DNA from: Azolla caroliniana
Taxonomy: Eukaryota; Plantae; Polypodiophyta
DNA: 64,000 bases
NCBI GenBank assembly: GCA_043228905.1
Contig: JBHGNT010000012.1
Location: 6,262,001-6,326,000, forward strand
Reading direction: 5' to 3'
Below the pieces are notes generated by a model. The model ran no database searches. It was not told the DNA's origin and was given only the letters and a program-made list of their open reading frames with translations. This document shows positions 58,201-64,000 of this stretch, one piece after another. The translations under genes and the position numbers were made by a program. The stretch's first letter is position 1. The number at the start of each line of letters is the position of its first letter.

Positions 58201-59949
58201 CCATCCGGAGGGACCTGTTTCCTAACATGTTCCACACCCTCTCCCGTCGTACCGTCGTACCGGTCTTCCGCCATCACGTGGGGCAAGTCCGTCTCCTCGG
58301 TCTCGGCTTGCGGCATCGATCTTTCCTCTTCCTCGAGCATTGCCTCGAGAGCTCCGTATGCCTCCTCAATCTTGACCCCAACGCCGACCCTTGTCGACTC
58401 TCTTTGTCGTTCGGCCTCTTCCCGTTGTGATGGCACGCCATCGCGCGCCTTCCTCTTAGCCTTCTTGGCTCGCTCGTCATCTAGCCGTTGGCACACCCTT
58501 CTGACCTTCGACCAGTCCTCGGTGAGGCCATTCACTCCGTCCTCGTCTTCGAGCTTAATCCCGATGACCTCCCATTCCACTCGGTCGATCGACTTAACGA
58601 ACAACAGGACTTTGTCCGCCCCCACCAAACCTTGTTCCCGCTCCGAGAGCCGAGCAAGTCGTCGCTCGTACTCTCGGAACGCCTTCATTGCGCCCCGGTG
58701 GGTCTTCGCCTATGATATCCATTGGTCAAAGTCACGCCTTTCCCGGCCTTTCGACCGCCCTCCGTATGCCTTCAAGAGAGCCTCTTCGAAGGCCTCCCAC
58801 GAACTATGAGCCTCACCGAGCTCCGTTACTTCCGCATGCATCCGGACAGCTACGACCCGACAGAAGAACTCCAGCCTCAACGCCTCGTCTACGCCACGCA
58901 CTTCCATTTCCGCATTGTAGGCTTCCAAGTAAAATGGGACCTTGTCCCCATTGAAACGGCTGACTCGATCGACCACCCGCTCAATCGTTTGTTGCGCTGA
59001 CTCTCGTCTTGTTGTTGCCCGTCCAAACTCCCTCATCGCTTTGACAAAAAGTTGCGCGAAATCATATTCTTCCAGCTCCATTCTCCCTTGCCGCCCTTCA
59101 CGTCGGGTTCACCAAAGATGTCGCGTTGTTGCGCGCGTGTGTGTAGAAGGGCTGGACCACGGGGGTCTCGGACGAGGGAAGAAGGGAAGCCGAGAAGACA
59201 ATTCCGGACGCGTTCCGGAAACAACCGAACGAGAGAGAGAAAGAGAGAGAATGCACGCTTGACACCGACTTACACACACACACACATGCACCACGCCGAC
59301 CTAGCTCGTGCCCTTATGTACAGAAACGGAGGTAAGAGAACACCAAAACACCCACACAGACACCGATACACAAAACCCTCCACACATATATTACAAGAAT
59401 AAGATACAATACTGGCATCGAGCCTGACCTAAGTAGCTCAGGTTGCAATAGTCGTCTACTGCCAAGCCGCCGGTCGGGGAGCTCTCGGGCTCATTGCGTC
59501 GAGCGGGGTCTTGCACAGAGGACGGGCTCATTGCGCCGAGCGGGGTCTTGCACAGAGGACGGGTAGACAACGGAAACGCTAGATGCCAAGGCTCGACACA
59601 TAGAACGACGAAGAGGAAGAAGCAGAGGGAAAAAAAAGAAACCCCAAAACTAGGGGAAAAGAAAGAGGAAGAGAGAACGTTTCTTCCTCTAACGGTATAC
59701 CCTACTACCAAAATGGGCAACCCCTTCACCAAGGGCGCTCCCTCCCTTTTATAAAACAAGGAGAGGGATGCGTAGCATCGTGGGATAAATCCCTTATTAC
59801 ATGGGATTCTTGTCCCGACTTGATTACTCTTTGGCGCCAAGCGCCCTCGTTATTCACACTAAATGTACAAGGGTGAGCACACATGCTGCACCCCGCTGAT
59901 GTAGCCAATATTTCCCGGTTTCCGCCTCAGGCCGAAATTATTCACGACA
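52259..59949 (-). mobile_element. Element D: non-autonomous tRNA-Trp Gypsy (gag only, repetitive interior), inserted in the 5' LTR of C
   Basis: LTRs 52259-53045 and 59119-59949, flanks ACGT/ACGC, PBS 59097-59114, PPT-like site 53046-53054. A gag-like segment 59081-58228 is homologous to E/F gag. No pol motifs were found. Confidence 0.88.
55406..58227 (-). mobile_element. Deleted Copia (RT-RNase H only), close relative of the Copia at 24929-30349
   Basis: LTRs 55406-55980 and 57611-58227, TSD TGTTC, PPT 55983-55992. RT/RH at 55991-57610 is frameshifted. PBS, gag, PR and IN are absent. Confidence 0.92.
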
Positions 59950-60154
59950 ACGCGTATAATAGCACAATTAGCACAGAACGGTAATCAACACTTAAAGATA
60001 AAACAAGAAGCTCTATTAATTATCCGTCAAAGTTTTACATTATAACCGGCCCTTTATATAGGTCATCGGTGTTGAGTACAGAACAATGTCAACCGGCACT
60101 TGTTCGGAACCCTTTCACATTCTGGTCTTTAACTCCTTTGTCGGCCGGGTAACA

Positions 60155-61885
60155 CCTCGTACATGGATACTTGGACATCCAAAGACCCCCAAAAAACAGC
60201 TCCCCATGTAAAATTTGCCCCTCTATATTTACAAGAAAACAACCTTAGTATTCTTCCCCAATATTGTTGAGTTGCAATACAAGTCCAAAACAAATGTTTC
60301 AAAGTCTCCTCCTGTAATTGGCAACACACACAACGACGATCATGAACCTATCCTTTTAGATGACAACCTACAGGTAAAGCATAATGAGGTAATAACCACT
60401 TAAAAGAAATGGCTCTCCGCAAACATGGTAAAGTCCATAGACTTTTCCAGTAAGCTACCAAATATTGAGGCGATATTGCACCTAACTCCCAATACTTTTG
60501 TGCAACTGGACTTATAGAATGGCGTTGCAACAAGAAGCGTCTCCGTAGGCCACAGAATACTGAAAAAAGGAAGAGTTATACTTTCTTGTTCATTTGCCGA
60601 AGACCTTCCAACCAACCACCATACGTAATCAGTCGGATCCCAATTAAGGTGTTCCACGGGCTTACTTTGAAATGCCCACAGTTGTCGTGCATGGTCTGCC
60701 AAAAAAAGGTTAGGATCTAGGAAAACCTTCTTCTCTAACCTAGCAATTACCCTAATGAGTTGTTGGGAGGCTAGTTGCATAACTTCAGCTTTTTCTTCCA
60801 CTAAATATAAAAGACCATCATCTCCAACCTCATAAAATCTTATTGTACCCTCATCAGTGTAAGCCTTGGCACCTATTAAAATGCCCAAAGGTGAGAAAAG
60901 ATTGTACCATGTATAATTATTATGTAAGGTAATTTGCCTTTGACAATTCTGAAAAGCCTGTTGAATCTGAACGGACATCAAACATCCCCCACGTAATGAA
61001 GACAAGAATTGTTTTTTGTCCTCATTTGAGAGAAATTGAAAACGGTCCCAATCAGCCACACTTGTAGCTGGTCCCGAGTCCATTTTCCCCCACGATAAAT
61101 GCGTCCTAATACCTAAAACACAACCAGAGCTATCAGTAAACAAAGGATTCCATAGCAATGGTTGTCTTAGAAATTGGGCTTCTGTTGAAGACAGTTGAAA
61201 TAATAGAGCCTCTCTAATGTCCTTCCATGCCCTCAAAATACTTGTAAAAAATCTTCTAGAACCAACATTTTGAGCCTTAATTGGAAATTCTGAATTAAAC
61301 AACCATCTACAACTATCTTACCGTTGTCCATCTAAGGTAGGCTTAATGTTAAGAATATCTAACAACCATAACTTTTTCCACAACTCATCCCCAGGCATAA
61401 ATGCTCTCACAACATGCTTCGCAAGAAGAGGCTTACTCTGGATCATAGGATCTATTAAGCCTAGTCCACCTTCACTTATTGGCTGGATTAAAACCGACCA
61501 AGCAACTTTTGCAACAACCCTTGATCCCAGTGAAGCACCCCAAATAAAATTACGAACTAAGTGTTGTAATTTCAATATAATGGAATGTGAAAATAACCAC
61601 GTTGACGCAATATACCACATTGATGCGAGCAAAATAGAGTTTGCCACAACCACCCTTCCAGGTAAAGACAAATTAGTTGTATCCGAATATAACAATTTAT
61701 TTCTAACTCGTAATAAAAGGGGTGTTACCATATCTTCTGCTGACAATTCTAGCCCTACTTGACAACCCATATACCTTACTGCTCTACCTCGAGGCACCCA
61801 AATAAAACTTGGAGTTGGCACATCTTGTGGAGGAGAGGAAGACGCGACCCAAAATCCCATAGACTTGTCCCAAATTATAAGGTTA
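60155..61885 (-). pseudogene. LINE (L1-like) ORF2 fragment: RT C-terminus and zf-RVT
   Basis: VRYMGCQVG, LSLPGRVVVANSILLASMWY, VRNFIWG, KVAWSVL..P..EGGLGL, C..C..EETLKHLFWTC. Confidence 0.85.
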
Positions 61886-62012
61886 CTTTGTCACATTTTC
61901 TCAATTATATGTGCTATTAGAGCATTTATATTGTGGTGTACCTAAGCTCAATGTGTCTCATGTTTCTCTTTTGGGGATCGACCAAGGGTTTTGGGAGAAA
62001 TACCAAATCTAT

Positions 62013-63075
62013 TGAAAAATGAGAAAACAAATTTATTCTCAAGAATATACGTATATGTCACAACTGGAGAGAGAAAACATAGAGATTGCTAATTATTACA
62101 TGAGGAGAAGGTTCCTCTTTATAAAGGGCCTAGATCTTGTCGTTGGGCTATAACTTTAATCATTCTCAACACTCCCCCTCAAGATGGGCAAAAGATATCC
62201 ACGAAGCCCATCTTGTCACACAATCTAGAAAGACTTACTGGCCCAAGTCCCTTTCTAAGGCAATCTGCTACTTGACCTTCAGTAGAAACATGACTCAATT
62301 TTAATATTCCATTGGCGATTTCGATGTGCTTGGTCCTATCATGTTGTACCGGATTGTTGGCAATGTTGATTGTTGACTTATTGTCACACCATAGCCTCAT
62401 CTGATTTTCGTGATTCATCTTTAGTTCTACTCAAAGAGTTCTCAGCCACAACATCTCCGCAACTCCTATAGCAATAACTCTATATTCTACTTCTGTTGTT
62501 GACCTTGCTACTACCGATTATTTCTTACTCTTCCAAGAGACCAAATTGTCACCAACAAACATGTAGATTCTTGATGTGGATTTCCTATCACCAGCACAAC
62601 TAGCCCAATCATAATCACAATAGCGTTCAATGTTAAAATGACCATGTTTTCTAAAGATCAATCCCTTCCCTTGGGCACCTTTGAGATATCTCAAAATTTG
62701 GTACACTACATCCATATGATCTTTCCTCAAATCATGCATGTAGCGACTTACCACACTTACTGCAAATGAAATATCTTGACGAGTGTGAGTCAAATAAATC
62801 AGCCGACCTACCAATCTTCGATACCTTTCACCTACAAGTTCAGTTAACTTGATCTTTGGCTCAATTGGAGAAGCTACATGCCTACAACCCATTCCAATTT
62901 TCGTGAGAAGATCTAATACATATTTTCTCTGAGATAGAACAACTCCTTTTGCCCCACAAGCTATCTTAATTCCATGAAAAGTATCGTAGTAAACCCACAT
63001 CCTTCACCTCAAACTCTTTACACAATTGCACCTTCAATTGGGCAATTTCTCCTTCATTGTTACTCGTGATAATTG
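62013..63075 (-). mobile_element. Decayed Copia (Ale-like): RT/RNase H remnant, PPT and short 3' LTR
   Basis: LSQRKYVLDLL, YRRLVGRLIYLTHTR.DI, DRKSTS, NPVQHDRTKHIEI. PPT TTGAGGGGGAG 62172-62182 is followed by TGTTGAG. The LTR is about 62013-62171 and its left edge is uncertain. Confidence 0.8.
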
Positions 63076-63236
63076 TTGAAGACAAGGTCGTCAATATGCG
63101 GATAACATATCAGCACTGTAATGTTAATAACATCAAGATTGCTATACATAAATAATATGAACAGAAGATTTCATAGACAACTTAGTAAGATCTAGAAGAT
63201 CAACAAAGAAACAGAGAGAGGTAGAGAGACAGAGAC

Positions 63237-63586
63237 AGAGATCCCCAAGAAGCACACAAAACAGTAACTCTATTATTCAAAAAGATGTTACATAGAAAGA
63301 ATGGGGGCATAATCTTAACTAGGTTACAAAGTCAGTTATATAATAACTAAACTAGGGCAACTGCCCTTTGGTCTTATTACAAAGGTGTCCTAACCTAGAT
63401 TGTAAATGGGATAATGTGAATACGGCCACTAGAGAGAGAGGGAGAGATCCCCAAGAAGCACACTAAACAGTAACTCTAATATTCAAAAAGATGTTACACA
63501 GAAAGAATGGCAACATCATCTCAACTAGGTTACAAAGTCAGTTATATAATAACTAAACTAGGGCAATTGTCCTTTGGTCTTATTAC
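63237..63586. repeat. Direct duplication of ~145 bp within an LTR-like segment
   Basis: GAGATCCCCAAGAAGCACAC...GGTCTTATTAC occurs at about 63238-63380 and 63444-63586. Confidence 0.8.
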
Positions 63587-64000
63587 TGTGAAAGTGTTTT
63601 TAGAATTCAAGGTATTGAAGTCTACAAGAATATAAGGTATGGTGCGTTCACATCCGGAGGGCAAGATCACGAGCTAAGGTCTTGAGGATAAGTCAAACAA
63701 AAAGCAAGACACGTGGAGAAAAGTAAAAGAAGAAAAAAGCGGGCCACCAAAACGCGGTCTGCAACGAACGCTCATAACTCATTCGTTTGGAAGCAAAATA
63801 TAATGTGCAAATATGGGTTGGAAAGCTTGTGAAGAGAGCTATCCATAGCTTTTTAAAGTTCTAAATTTAGAGCTTGGAAGAGGGAGATATGACGATTTGA
63901 AGATCATTGTGTCATAGATAAGAATAGGACTCAATGAAAACTCTAAAAAAAAACATAAAAAAGAAACCAAGGGAAGCTTATCCAGTGGAAGAGAACTTTA

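Larger units (their letters stand above)
13135..60154 (-). mobile_element. Element C: old non-chromovirus Gypsy of the same family group as A, fragmented host of the nest, 3' end missing
   Basis: Pieces 13135-13314, 20321-24179, 41625-42490, 49069-51062 and about 51805-52106 rejoin into a degenerate ORF2, IN, RH, RT, PR and gag collinear with A. The 5' LTR is 52107-52258 plus 59950-60154. PBS TGGCGACCACG lies at 52089-52099 (minus). Confidence 0.85.

Overview
This window is heterochromatic eukaryotic DNA from a land plant. A seed-free lineage such as a fern is my inference from the TE types and a PPR remnant. It contains no intact host gene and is almost entirely a nested LTR-retrotransposon cluster. 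An old minus-strand non-chromovirus Gypsy (element C, about 13135-60154) is split by five insertions. Four come from a tRNA-Trp-primed Gypsy group with 4-bp CG-centred target sites: E 13315-20320, F 42491-49068, G 51063-51795 and D 52259-59949. The fifth is a young composite of a Gypsy with an intact gag-pol (A, 24180-39465, itself carrying an intact Copia at 24929-30349) joined end-to-end to a non-coding relative (B, 39479-41624). The flanks hold solo LTRs, Copia, chromovirus and LINE remnants, a MITE-like element, a ~68-bp satellite and a PPR pseudogene. The most striking observation is that A and B have no polypurine tract. At the PPT position they carry a 3'-half copy of tRNA-Arg(UCU) ending in CCA, interrupted by a covarying hairpin. 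This amounts to a second, oppositely oriented primer-binding site and suggests tRNA-primed plus-strand synthesis. The A/B junction retains what look like unprocessed cDNA ends, consistent with this model. All tRNA matches are from recalled plant tRNA sequences and need database confirmation.
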